DNA of 64,000 nucleotides. Source: Squalus acanthias. Taxonomy: Eukaryota. Positions within the stretch are counted from its first letter, which is position 1. Every line of letters starts with the position of its first letter. The DNA lies in contig CM059453.1 in the NCBI GenBank assembly GCA_030390025.1, positions 5,952,001-6,016,000 of the forward strand, written 5' to 3'. Under the pieces are notes generated by a model. It had not been told where the DNA came from and searched no databases. It worked only from the letters and a program-made list of their open reading frames with translations. Position numbers and translations under genes: made by a program. Below, piece after piece: positions 38,930 to 52,219 of the stretch.

Positions 38930-41900
38930 GATGGACAACTGAAGCAATCCCTGAGTCACTTGAGAATCCAAGCCACATCAGTTATCCAGGGAGACCATGT
39001 GTACATGAAAAGAATCTGTTTGCTGGAGCCCAGAGCGTCTGTGCTTGAGTAACGGCTGCGTTCACTGCAGGGCATACGCGAGGCTCTGAATGGCCTGGAT
39101 CGTACGTACCAGTGTGCACCCGACAGCCACAGAAACCTTAGGACAGTACGTGCATGTTCATCTGACAGGGTAGGAAGAGCGAGGCAGTGCAAGAATCCTC
39201 TTGGACTGTGTCGCTCACTAAGCAGATTTCAGTATTGAGAATCGCTGAGGGTGACGGCATCTCGAACGAGTGCAGTCCGGAACATGACAACATGGGGCAA
39301 AGGAGAGCACAACGGGAAAAAGCAGAATGTGGAAATGCAGTGGTCGTAGGCCATGCAATAGTCAGGGGGACAAACAGGCTTTTATGCACCCTCAGCCTGA
39401 TTTCTTCATGGACTGCTCTCTCCCTGGTGCCAGGGTAAAGGACATCACTGCGAGGGTGGAGGATATTTTAAGGAGGAAAGGGGAAAAGAGAGTAGCCGTG
39501 TTCCATGTGGGGACCAATGACGTAGGTAGGAAGAAGTTCAGGAGCTAGGGAGGATGTTAAAAAGCAGGAGCTCAAAGGTAGTAATCTCTGGATTACGCCC
39601 AGTGCCACAATCGTGAGTATTGGAATAGTAGAATAAGCCAGGCTAATGCATGGCCGGGAACTGAAACAGAAGGGATGGCTTCAGATTCCTAGGGCATTGC
39701 GATAATTTATGGGGCAGGAAGGGGTCTGTGCATGAAGGTTGTGCCACAACAGAACTGGGAGCAATGACCTCAGGGGAAACCAAATCTGTGGGGGACGATT
39801 TAAACTAATTCGGCAGGGGGATGGGCACCAGTGTGAAACATTAGAGAAGAGAAACAAGGTGCACATAGGACTGAGAGAGACAACAGCTCTAGAGCAAAGA
39901 ATAGTTCTGAAATAGGAAGGATCAGACAGGGAGCAAACGCGGGTCATTCTAAGATGGGTTTGGACTGCAGGTTCTTAAATGCAGGTATAGTGGTAAATAA
40001 GGTTGAGGAGCTGCAGGCACAAGTAGCCGCATATGACGAAAATATAGAGGCAATAACAGACCACTGGTTCTAGAAGTGGAGGATTTGTAACTTAATATTC
40101 CTGGCTACAAGGTATTCAGCAAAGATAAAGAAGGAAACAAAGGGAGGGGTGGCAGTATTGTTCAAATAAACTATTATAGCACGTGAGAGAGATGATGTAA
40201 TTAATGGGTCAAAGACAGAATTTATTTGGTTAGAATTAAAAGGCAATAGAGGAGCAATTTCGCTACTCGGTGTATACTCTAAGCCACCAAATAGTGGAAA
40301 GGAGGTAGAGGACCAACCTTTCAGGAAAATTACAGAAAAATGCGAGAACTACAGTGTAGCGACAAATGGAGGAGGTCAATTTTCCTCATTTAGACTGGGA
40401 TTGTAACAGTGTAAAAAGCAAAGAGGGGGAGGAACACCTGAAATATTTACAATAGATCGTTCTTGAGCATTGTGTTTCCAGCACACCGTGGAAGGAAGCA
40501 GTGCTGGATGTAGTTCTGGAAAATGAGGTAGGGACAAGAGTCGCATAGTTCAGCTTTGGAGCATTTGGAGAACAATGCTCATGATATCATCAGGTTTAGA
40601 ATAGTTATGGAAAAGGACCAGGAACAATCAAACGTAACATTACTTAACTGGAGGAGGACTAACTTCATTAGGTTGAAAATGGATCTGGCCCAGGTGGCTT
40701 GTAATCAAAAATTCGTAGGCAAATCAATAATTGGACAACGAGGGGCCTTCAACGAGCACATGGTTCAGGTGCAGAATAGATACATTCTCAAGAATTGGAA
40801 ACAAAGGCCATCCAAAGCTAGAGTTCTCTGGATGACAAAATATGCAGAGATGAGTCAGAAAAAGGAGGATTATGTCAAATCTATGGTTCGTAACACAGTA
40901 GCGAACCAAGCTGAATACAAAAACTACAGAGGAGATGTATAAAAGGGAATGTCAAAGGCAACTGAAAAGTATCTTATAAAAATAGAAATGTTCAAAGAGT
41001 AATTAAAGAAAGGCTGGGTCCGATTCTGGACAAAAAGGATATATTTTTGAGAGGCAGTGGCAGGGCCGAGGTGCTAAATGAGTAATTTACATCTGTCTCC
41101 ACAAGAAAAGAGGATGCTGCATAGGTAGCAGTATATGAGGATGTAGGGGCAACATAAAAAATAGCTAAATAGGAGTTACCTAAAAGGTTGGACATTCTCA
41201 AAGTAATAATGTCACCCGGCCCGGAAGGGATGCCTCCAAGTTTACTGTTGCGATTAAGGGCGGAAGTAGTGAAGTCTCTGGCCACAATCTTCCAATCCAC
41301 CTCGATATGAAGGTGGTGGCAGAGAACTGGAGAATTGCAAATATTACACAGATATATAAGAAAGGAAAGAGGGAAAATCGACAACTGTGGTGTGAAAACT
41401 TTCAGAGACAATTATCTGTAACAAAATAATTAGGGATTCGGAAATGTATGGGCTAATCAATAAAAGTCAGCACGGATTTGGGAAAGGCAAATCCTGTCTG
41501 ACTAATTTGATTGCATTCTTTGATGAAATAGCGCCAAGGTTAATGCTGGTAACGTGGTTAATGTTTTATAATTAACATTCAAAAGGCTTTTCACATTGCA
41601 GCACAAAATAGACTGGTTAGCTAAAATAAAGCCAATGGGATTAAAGGGACAGTTGCTGATACTAATTTGGTTAATGGACAGATAGTAGAGCGGAGTGGTG
41701 ATTGGTTGTTTTTCAAGCTGGAAGTACACAGCAGTGTTCTCCAGGGGTCGGTATTGAGACCACTGCTCTTTTTGATATTTTATTCTTGACCAGGACTTGG
41801 GTATATAGGGTAATTTAAATGCTTTCAGCTGAAAAGCAACTCGACAATATAGTAAAAAAAATGAGAAGGATGACATAGATAGTTTCTGAAATGGGAAGTC

Positions 41901-42545
41901 ACATGTTAGATGAATTGAAATCAGCGAAGTCTGAGGCGAAACATTTTGGTCGGAAGAATGAAGAGAGACAATATCAACTAAATTATATAATTTTAGAGAG
42001 GATTTATATAAACACATCTTTGAAGGTGTCAGGACAAGTTGAGGAGGCTGTTAAAAAGCATTTCAGATGCTTGGCTTTAGTAATAGAGGCATAGAGTACA
42101 AATCCAAGGAAGTTATGCTCAGCCTTTATAAAACAATGCTTTGCCCTCAGCTGGATTATTGTGCCCAATTCTGGGCGCCATACTTTATGACGGGTGGCAA
42201 GGCCTTGCAGAGGGTGCAGAAGAGATTTACTGGAATGGTACCAGAGATGAGGTCCTTCAATTATGTGGCGAGACTGGCGAAGCTGGGATTGTTCTGCTAA
42301 GAGCAGAGAAGATGGGGATTAAATTTGACAGAAATGTTCAAAAACACGAACGGTTTTGATAGCGTAAAGAAATATGAATATTTTCCATTGGCAGAAGGGT
42401 CGGTTATCAGATGAGAAAGATTTAATGTGATTGGCAAAAGAACCAGAGGCGAAATGATGAAATATCTTCTAATGCAGCCAATTGTTATGATCTGGAATAC
42501 ATTCCGTGAAAGGTGGTGGAAGCAGATTCAATAGTAACTTTCAAG
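38930..42545 (+). mobile_element. Near full-length degenerate CR1
   Basis: ORF1 SGNH-esterase remnant (VVVGHAIVRG, VFHVGTNDVG), plus APE and RT remnants (YKTMLCPQLDYCAQFWAP). Confidence 0.8.
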
Positions 42546-43899
42546 CCTTGATCGGGCTGGGGGTTCACTTCAATATATTGCTCCATGAATTAACAAATTA
42601 GCGCTGCCTGGCAAATTCCATAGCAGAGCCGGTTAACTAGCAAAAAAGAGCGAGTTAGGTCTGAAGAAAGGAGGTGAAATTGCATTGGAGTAGAAAGAGG
42701 TGATAATAGTTAATGCATGCACTGCCTGATAATGTTAAACTAATAGGTATTCAGTAGTAAATATGTGTGACAATGATAAACATTAAGTAGAACGCCACAA
42801 GGGAAGCCACCGCACAATCGAGCAAGTGCTGACCAAAGAGGGCAAGTGAATTACAGAAATGCAGTTGAAATAGTCACTATCATGTTATGTGCATTAAACA
42901 GGATGTTGCACTATGGTTATCATAGAGCCCGTGTGCAAGAGTTTGGCGAGGGAGCAACTGGAACTCCCTGATCATTTTTCAAAAAGAGTAGAAGGAATGG
43001 AACTGCAGTTATGCAAAGATAGCTTCAAAATTTAGAAGAGAGTTTGATGAGCAGATTCTGAAGAGATGCAATCACAGGATTACACCTGGTGTTACCTGCT
43101 GTTAGGTAAGAATAGCAAGAAAAGGTAAGTGGAAGCGTGGCCGGAGAGATGGTGAAATAATCAGACACTGGGGAGAGTTAAGCAAGTGCTGAGGCAACTT
43201 TTGATGTATAAAACGGACGAATTCGTCCGACCGTGTTAGGGTCCAAATGCAAACTGGCAAAGGACATAATGCTGTCGTAAAATTTAAATTAATATTCATA
43301 TTTGCCCCCTGCCCCTGAGTGCCTCATTTGTTGTCCTGTCAGCATTGAAAGGAACTTATTCACTGGATTGAACGCACATCATTTCAATGGACATTAGTAA
43401 AACAAACGGTACCCTTTCACTGATCACAAATCAGTTCAGCAGTCAGTATGAAAGGTAACTGAGTCTTTGGAAAATTACATACCCCTTCGACAAATAGCAT
43501 TGATTCCAATGCGCCTGCGATTCAGCACGCATCACCTCATCGGTCAACATTTATTTGCTTTTTGTCTGCACAAACAACACCAAATGTGACCTGTTTATGA
43601 GTCCCAAATAGCGAATGTATTGTGGAAAATAAGGAACTTCCTCATTCTCATGGAAACGTGCAAAATGCATGATTTTCAAATAATAAACAGCAACAATGGT
43701 TGCAAATATCCTGGCTGGGTGTAAAGTGTGCAAGACTCTTACCATGCATTATAACTTTATCCATCCTATATGTCAACTGACCACTGGCTCCGACTGTATT
43801 GGTTGGAAAGATGCGGAACTCTTCTCCCCCAATTGAAATAATTCTTTGGCGCTGTTCTCCCATTAATCTAATTCCGGGGGCACCGAGTTGAAGGCGATC

Positions 43900-44827
43900 A
43901 TGAATGCTTGAGCCGTACCATTGATGCAGGATATCTTCACACTGATCAACTTGGCACCACTTGTTCATTCAATTTATCTTACTGTGAAGGCCAAAGCCAT
44001 TGTTTTCGGGACCCACCACAAATTCCGTTCCCTCGCCACTGACTCCATCCCTCTCCCTAACATCTGTCTGAATCTGAACCACACTGTTTGCAACCTTGGT
44101 GTCACACCTGACCGTGAATTGAGCTTCTGACCACATATCCTCAGCATAACAAAGACTGCCTACTTCGACCTCCGTAACATCGCCTGTCTCTGCCCTTCCC
44201 TCAGGTAATCCACTGCTGAAACGCTCATCAATGCCTTTGTTACCTCTAGACTTAACTATTCCATTGCACTCCAATGTGCTTTCCCACATTTCAATCTATG
44301 TAAACTTCAGGTCATCCAAAACTCGGCTGCCCGTGTCCGAACCCGCACCAAGTCCCGTTCACCCATCACCCCTGTCCTCTCTGAGCTACATTGGCTCCCG
44401 GATAAGCAGCGCCTGGATATTAAAATTCTCATCCTTGTTTTCAAATCACTCCGCTGGCAGCCCCTTCCTATCTCTGTAATCTCCTTCAGCCCCACAACAC
44501 ACCGAGATATCTGTGCTCCTCTAATTCTGCCCTCTTGAGCGTCCCTGATCATAATCGCTCAACCTTTGGTGGTGGTGTCTTCTGTTGCCTGGGCCGTAAG
44601 CTAAGGAATTCCCTCCCTAAACCTTCCCGCCTCTCTACACCTCTCCCCTCCTTTAAGACGCTCCTTAAAACCAACCTCATTGACCAGGCTTTTGGTCTCC
44701 TGCCCTAATTAATCCTTATGTGGATCGGTGTCAAATTTGTTGTCTTAAAATAATCCTGTGCAGCGTCTTGGGATGTTTTACTAAGTTAAAGCCGTTATAT
44801 AAATACACGTTGCTGTTGTTGTTGTTA
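43900..44827 (+). mobile_element. L2 LINE 3' fragment
   Basis: L2 ORF2 C-terminal remnants (FVTSRLxYS, SPITPVL.ELHWLP) and tail tatataaat..(gtt)n. Confidence 0.8.
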
Positions 44828-45300
44828 TTCATATATCTTCCTTTGAGGTTAAAAATCTAGGGTTAACCGGCAGCGGAAAACGGCCGATAGCGATTCGGCA
44901 TTCCGTTCTGCAGCTGGTCCGATCTCTTACCTCCATTGAAGTTTTGGAAACGGTCATATGGTGGGATGTAAAATCGGCTGTCGATCCGCTGTCGCCTGTT
45001 TTGCGGCATCGCCGAAGAACAATTGCAATCAGTGAAGTCCATCTCACACGTCGAAATGAGAAATAGAAACTGCAGCAAGTTGGTTAAGATTTTGATGCAA
45101 TTCAGCAAAATTGCATTGCTGGGAACAGGAGCGTAAATAGTTAAGTCACCTATGTTTACCATATTGAGAAACTCTTGACTGACAAACTGGCCACAGGCTG
45201 CAAATGTCACCTAAATAACGAAAGCGAGGAAACGACACGTCTAACGACTGCAGCAACAAAACTACCCGGAGTTACACCTCTCTAACAATCATATCGTACT

Positions 45301-46286
45301 ATAGAGTCATAGAGTTAAAAAGAACAGAAAGAGACCCTTCGGCCCATCGTGTCCGCGCCGGCCATCAAGCCCTGTCTATTCTAATCCCATTTTCCAGCAC
45401 TTGCTCCGTAGCCTTGTATGCTGTGGCGTTTCAAGTGCTCATCTAAATGCTTCTTGAATGTTGTGTGTGGCTTCCTGCCTCTAACATCCTTTAAGGCAAT
45501 GAGTTCCAGATTCCAACCACCCTCTGGGTGAAAAAGTTTATCCTCCAAACCCCAATAAACCTCCTGCCCCTTACCTTGAAACTATGCCCCTGGTTATTGA
45601 CACCTCTACTAAGGGGAAAAGTTCCTTTCTATCTACCTTATCTATGCCCCTTATAATGTTGTACATCTCAATCAGGTCCCCCCTCAGCCTTCTCTGCTCC
45701 AAGGAAAGCAACCCCAGCCTGTCCAATCTCTCTTCATAGTTGAAACACTCCAGCCCAGGTAACATCCTGGTGAATTTCCTCTGCACCCTCTCCAATGCAA
45801 TCACATCCTTCCTATAGTTTGGCGACCAGAACTGCACTCAGTATTCCAGCGGTGGCCTAACTAGCGCTTTGTACAGCTCCATCATAACCTCCCTGCTCTT
45901 ATGCCTCGGCTAATGAAGGCAAGTTACCCTTATACCTTTTTAACCACCTTATCTACCTGGCCTACTGCCTTCATGGATCTATGTACATGCACACCAAGGA
46001 CCCTCTGATCCATTGTTCTTCCTAGGGTCTTACCATTCATTGTGTATTCCCTTGCCTTGTAAGTCCTCCCAAAATGCATCACGTCACAATTTCCTGGTTT
46101 AAATTCCATTTGCCACTGTTCAGCCCATCTAACCAACATGTCTATATCGTCCTGTAGACTGAGGCTTCAATCCTCGCTAGTTACCACTCCACCAATTTTC
46201 GTGTCATCTGCGAACATACTGATCCTACATTCATATCTAAATCGTTAATGTACACTACAAACAGCAAAGGACCCAGCACCCATCCC
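45301..46286 (-). mobile_element. 5'-truncated CR1, splitting a duplicated upstream block
   Basis: QFWSPNYRKDVIALERVQ; tail (atagagtc)n. Confidence 0.85.
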
Positions 46287-46666
46287 TGCTGTGAAAATGC
46301 TAAATATGTGCGAAGCTTGAGTCAGAGGCGTCTGCAAGCATGGGCAGAGCTCCCTTGTCACAGACTCCAAATATTATGCTTAAAAAAAACAACTGTGTAT
46401 TTGGTGTGTGTGTCACACAGAGAAAGAGAGAGCGAGAGATGCCGTTTCTATTTTAAGGATTCTAATCAACTAATTGACAATATCTTATTAAGAAATAGGT
46501 AAATTCGAAATGCATAATTTAGATGTCCTAGCAGTCATCGTCACAAAAAATTGGTGGGTTCCACAAGCTGACAGTGCAAGCATCATTGCTATGCATGCTT
46601 GTTCCTTCAATCAATAATCTCTATGGTTAAGAGCACAATACTGCGGATGCTGGAAATAGAGTCATA

Positions 46667-47556
46667 GGGGGAAAAATTCAGTTGGTTGCGCCTCCCGTTA
46701 GCGCCTTAAGAGGGCGCTAATGGGGCGCAAAGCATCTAGCGCCCAGCCGCGGCGAAGTTTGCGCCGCTCGCGAAATTAACTAGACATTTTGCAGCGGCGC
46801 TAAACACTACCGCCACGATCTCCTGCGCCGGCAGATCATGACGTCAGTCGAGTGCGCAGCGCCCCGGTATCGCCCCGGAGCGGATATTGAGTGGCGCCCC
46901 CTGCCTTACCGCCTGACGCTAGCAACGGCAGGTTGAGGGGAGCGTTCTCCAGTCATGAAGGGAAAGGGGGAGCGCTATTTAAAGGTGATCACTTCCTGCC
47001 TTTTATTGTTGGTGCCATTTTTGAACTACGCATTCTGAGAGAGAGAGAGACTTCTGGAGAGATTCAACGTTGTGTGAAGGAGTTTTGGGTACTGAGCAGC
47101 ACTTTGCAGGTTCATTTTGATTTGCCATTCCTTGTATCGATTTAGAGGAGACTGTGGGGGCTGCACTGTGAGCTCTTTGCCTGGTACTCGTCCATTGTTC
47201 TTTCCAGCAGATTTGATGTGCAGGTCTCTCCAGGCCGAGATTCAAGGCTGCAATGAGCAGGATGTGGATGGAAAGCAAGATTAACCATCCACTTTAAGAA
47301 CTGGCCCGTGCCATTGTGTGTGTGTTCCATTGCTGACTGACATTACATGAGCTTCGCCAGCGCTCTGAGGTAGCGCCTCGCTCCTCGGCCTTTGCACCTT
47401 AAGACAGGTGTGAAGCGCCTGATTTAGCGCTCCAATCACCTCCAGGGGCGATAAAAGTAAAGTTTGCAGTCTGTGGCGATAATTAGCTCCACGCGCTAAT
47501 CTTTGCGCCCGGCCGATAATTGCGCCCCAAATGGGGCGATACCTAATTTCTCCCCA
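46667..47556. mobile_element. Non-autonomous PIF/Harbinger element, left copy (~890 bp)
   Basis: TIRs GGGGGAAAAATT / AATTTCTCCCCA and ATA TSD inside a CR1 tail. Its internal segment is homologous to the 5' region of the transposase gene. Confidence 0.8.
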
Positions 47557-47750
47557 ATAGAGTCATAACGGCACAGATGAAGGCCAATCGAACCTTCGAG
47601 TCGAAAACATTGAGTATCTCTGCTCCACCACTTCCGTCGGCAGCGAATTCCAGGTCATCATCATTCGCTGCATAAAAAAGCTTTTCCTCACATCCCCCCT
47701 GTATCTCTTGCCCAAATCCTTAAATGTGTGTCCCCTAGTCCTTGTACCAT

Positions 47751-48288
47751 TGAAAGGGTTAATTTGAACTCATGTTAAATTAAATTAAATTAAACCACTC
47801 TTGGCTGGAAAGGGAATGGAAGTTATGTACGAAATAGATTAAGAACCAGGTGGATGATAAGGATGGATGGGTATTGGATGCCTAGCAGCATTCAAGGCCA
47901 GAATACAATGGGCATCTGTGGAGAAATACAATGGACAAGTGTGAGAATGAGATATGGCCCAGCACTCAGGCAAAACATAGAATGTAACATGGAGCATATA
48001 TCCGTAATTGGATAATTATTTTTAGTTTATAGCTGACAAAGATAAGAAATATAACGAATTAACCGGTTTAGTTTAAATTGACATAATTGTAAACATGTGA
48101 TATTTTGTAGCTATGTGTTTGGATAATTCTTAAATAAAAGGTTGTAATTGACAACGGGAGGTCGAGAAGCCGTGGTCACTAGGCCGGGTAATGTCTATGA
48201 CGCTTCTCCCAGAGATCTCTGAATGTTAAATAAACTGTTTGCTTCTACCTATCAACAAAGACTGGAGTGAATTGATTTCTCCCTAACA
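47751..48288 (+). mobile_element. Solo LTR (538 bp)
   Basis: TGAAAGGG...CCCTAACA termini, exact 4-bp TSD CCAT, internal AATAAA; interrupts a CR1 fragment. Confidence 0.85.
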
Positions 48289-48723
48289 CCATCAACTAGT
48301 GGGAACAGTGGAGAAGCTGGATTTGTTTTCATTAGAGCAAAGGAGGTTGCGGGGTGATTTGATAGACTTTTACATGATTATGACGGGTTTTGGTAAGACT
48401 ACATGGGGAAAGGCTCTTCCCACTAGTTGATGGTACAACGACTAGGGAACACAGATTTAACATTCTGGGCAAGAGATAAAAGGGGGATGTGAGGAAAAAC
48501 TTTTTTATGCAGCGAGTGGTGATGAACTGGAATTCGTTGCGGATGGAAGTGGTGGAAGCAGAGACATTGCACCACCCGTTCTGAGAGAGAGAGAGAGATT
48601 CGGAGAGAGAGAAAGAGAGACTTCTGCATTGAGTCAACGCTGTGTGAGGTAGTTTTGGCTACTGATCATAACTTCGCTGGTACTTTGGTTTCTGGCCTTC
48701 ATAACTTTGCTTGCTAAGTGACT

Positions 48724-49754
48724 ATGGGGGCTGCACTGATTGGGGGCGTCGTCCTGTGCCAGCTGAATCGGAGGACACAGAGACGCAGAGAGAGAGTGGC
48801 AATGATGGCCAGACGGAGGAGGGCCAACAGGCGTCTGTACAGGAGAGCTTACCCTCCCAGGGTATATCGTGACCAGCTCTCCTACATTCATATGTCTGAT
48901 GAGCAGTGTTTGCGAAGGCTGCGCTTCAGCAAGGAGGTGGTCACTGAGCTCTGCCACCTGCTGCAGCCAGATCTGCAGCCTCAACTGAGGTCCAGGACGT
49001 CTCTGACGGTGGCAGTGAAGATCACAGTGGCTCTGAACTTTTATGCTACTGGCTCATTTCAATCTGCTGCTGTGGACATCGCCAATATCTCCCAGTTTGC
49101 GGTGCATTGCTGCATCCGTCAGGTCACAAATGCTCTCTTTAAAAGGAGACGAGAGTGCATCTCTTTCCCCATGACCCCAGACAAGCAGCATGAACGCGCT
49201 CTGGGCTTTGCGATGATAGCGGGCTTCCCCATGGTGCAGGGCGCCATTGACTGCACGCATGTGGCTTTGCGTGCTCCGCATGAGAATGCCGAGGATTTCC
49301 GGAACAGAAAGGGGTTCCATTCCTTGAATGTTCAGTTGGTCTGTGACCACAGACAGCTGATACTCGCTGTCAATGTCCATTATCCTGGCAGCTGCCACGA
49401 TGCTTTCATCCTGCACCAGACTACTGTGGCAGAACTTTTCGAGGCACCGCATCAGCCAGTTGGTTGGCTTCTCGGGGACAAGGGGTATCCACTGAGCACC
49501 TGGCTGATGACACCGCTCCGTACGCCCAACACCCCTGCTGAGCTGCGGTACAACGAGAGCCATCAAGCTACCAGGAACATCGTTGAGCACACAATCGGCA
49601 TGCTGAAGCAACGGTTCCGCTGTCTGGACCATTCTGGAGGAGCCCTGCAGTACTCGCCTGAGCGAGTTTCCAACTTCGTAGTTGTGTGCTGCATGCTGCA
49701 TAACATGGCAATCCTCAGGACCCAGCCAATGCCACCAGGCCTTGGAGCACCACC

Positions 49755-49785
<31 letters not shown>

Positions 49786-49884
49786 GAGGAGGATGATCAT
49801 CAGCAGCACCAAGGCGTGAGGGCGACCCACAATGGTGAAACTGCAAGGGCCGTCCATCAACGGCTGATACCAAGCCGCTTCTAG
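48724..49884 (+). CDS. PIF/Harbinger DDE transposase (HARBI1-family nuclease), intact ORF
   Basis: GAIDCTH, FRNRKGFHSLNVQ, PGSCHDAFI, LLGDKGY, YNESH..TRNIVEHTIGMLKQRFRCL and LHN motifs; acidic C-terminus. Confidence 0.92.
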
Positions 49885-50196
49885 GGCCCCTGCTGTGGAA
49901 ATGGCTTCTGCCATTGAGAACAACATGAATGAACCCAACACGCAACTCCTAAGCCGGCCAAGGCACCAATGATTCCAAACACCAAACATGTATATTTTGA
50001 ATACAAAAACTTATTTATTTTACAAACTCTGTGTGTGTCATTTCTTCATGACAAACCTATAGAAATAAACACAAAAAAACAGTTATTAACATAACTGGTT
50101 CTCACAACCTGGAGATAATGTCCAAAACACTAAACAAAAGTTTGACCACTAACCTCGGCCTTTAATAAAAAAATGACCAACATTTTGTCACACCTC

Positions 50197-52061
50197 CTAC
50201 TTTTTGCCCTTCGTGGGTGATCTCCTTCCCTTGCGCACTTCTCCCCTTCTTAGCCGACTGCTCCTCCGCAATGGGACCTCAGTGGCTGCAGCAAGGCTGG
50301 TGGAAGGCTGCTGATTGTCAGACCCTGACACTGCAGATGCCCTTGAAGGACGGCCTCGACCAGTTCTGTGCCTGGAGGGCCCGGCTGCAGACTGCAACAA
50401 CTCTGCATGGGCGGCAGCAGTCTGTCCTACAGGCGGTGGCAAGTGCAGTGGAGGAGTGACAGTGTTGGCAGCAGGAATGCTGTCATTTTGAGCGAGGGCA
50501 GAAACTCCCTGCTCGACCGACACACTGGCACTCCTTCGGGGCAGCAATTCAGCATCCGGAGTAATCTGCTGGAGCACAGATTGCTGGCCTGCTGCGGCGC
50601 GGTGAGAGCCCCGGGGAAATGTGAACGAACAATCGAGGATGGCAGCAGTCAGTGCTCGCGTGGCCTCAATCTGAGTCTGCATGAGAGCATTCAGAGATGG
50701 GATCACGGCAGCCAGTGACTGAATTGCAGCACTAAGCTTTAGTGTGGCATCCGCCTGTGCTACAGCGAAGTGCTCCACACTCCTTGCCAGTGATTCAATG
50801 CATTCGGGCACCCTTCCCACTGCACCCATGAGCTCAGTGTGCATGTCCACCGCCTGGGTGTTCATTTCAGCGATCAGCCGCTCCTCCTCTGAATCCAGTG
50901 CAGTAGGACTCGCTGGCATACTCTCACTCCGGGGAGAAGGCCCCCGTTCTTCCCTGCCCCCTTGGCGTTGCTGCAGCCCGCTGGGTCCTGGAGCTTCACC
51001 CTCATCAGACCCTTCCCCCCTGCTCCCCTCCAGGGAAGGCGTGTTCTCAGAGTGGGCATGGGCTTCCTCGGGAGAGGGTGGCACTGATGCTCCGCCTTCA
51101 TCTTCCTCCTCGGCTGCAGCTTCACTCCCACTGGCAGCTTGAAGGCCCGTCTCCTCAGCTGGTAAATCACCATCTGAAAGCAGGGAGGTACAAGAGTGTC
51201 TTTAGCGTGAGGACAGGGTGGCAGTAAGGGCGGAATAAGTGCAGCGATTTAGTAAGTTGGATTGAAAGTGTCAAAGGCTGGTTTTGTGAGGGACAAGTGG
51301 AAGGACAGAGGACAAAAAGGTGATGACCTTACCATTGCTGTCCAGAACGGGGTCGGCGTCTCCAGCGGCGATGGGACCGATCACCCGGCTTGCCACAATC
51401 CTGTGGACGCGCTCCTCAAGATCGCTGAGGGGTTGCAGCTGAGGCCGCCCTCCACCCGTCCGTTGCTGCTGTCTCCTATTATGAGATAGCTTGGCCTGCA
51501 AGAAAAAGGACGGCGTCTGAGTAAATATACAGCCATGGTCTTGCCTGATGTGCCTCCCATAGGTGAATAGCCCTTACTGTATGCAGCCATGGTCTTACCT
51601 GATGTGCCTCCCGTAGGTGAATAGCCCTTTCTGTATGCAGCCATGGTCTTGCCTGATGTGCCTCCCATAGGTGAATAGGCCTTACTGTATGCAAAGTGTG
51701 GAATGTGTGTGTGTGTTTCATGAAAGGGCCATAGGTGTTGGATGAGTGTTGTTAATTGGAGTTTTAAGACCCTCTGGCCATAGAGTGAGGTTGAGATGAA
51801 GGGATGGAGAGGTACTGAAAAAAAGCCACTCAACCTGACGACCCGAGTGAGGTCGTTGAACTTTTTTCGGCATTGTACATGGGTCCTGGGAACCATGTTC
51901 CTGCAGGAGCTGCTCTGAGCCACCTCCGTCCACACTCTTCTGTACTCGCGCGGCAAAGGCCTCCTGCCACTCTCAGGGAAGAGTATAGATCTTCTGCGCT
52001 CCACCACGCCAACCAGAGCATCCAAGGCCCGCGTGCTGAAGCGCTGAGCTCGTTCTCTCAC
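50197..52061 (-). CDS. Harbinger ORF2 Myb/SANT (MSANTD/NAIF1-like) DNA-binding protein, 3 exons (~52061-51834, 51495-51333, 51173-50197); lacks ATG
   Basis: RERAQRFS..LDALV..W.EVA..RTHVQCRKKFNDL, then AKLSHNRRQQQRTGGG. Exon phases are compatible; the first donor is degenerate (AGG|ttgagt). Convergent with the transposase. Confidence 0.8.
51530..51691. repeat. 3 x 54-bp tandem repeat in Myb/SANT intron 1
   Basis: Unit cagccatggtcttgcctgatgtgcctcccataggtgaatagcccttactgtatg. Confidence 0.9.
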
Positions 52062-52219
52062 CCTCTAAAGTTTTCAAGGGGAGATTTGATGAAAATAAAC
52101 TTGCAGGGCTACGGGGATAGAGCCGGGGAATGGGACTCACTCGATTGCTCCACAGAGAGCTGACACGGACTCGATGGGCCGAATGTCCTCCTTCTGTGCT
52201 ATTATGACCCTATGACTAT

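Noticed and set aside
48724-49884. Host gene HARBI1
   Set aside because: It is paired convergently with a Myb/SANT ORF, related to the adjacent MITEs and embedded in a CR1, so it is a transposon copy; no gene symbol assigned.
49054-49989. 311-aa ORF antisense to the transposase
   Set aside because: Shadow frame of a GC-rich coding strand; its Leu run is the reverse of the Glu repeat.
51530-51691. CRISPR-like array or coding repeat (ORF 51381-52061 tail)
   Set aside because: Head-to-tail minisatellite without spacers, located in an intron; the ORF simply reads through it.
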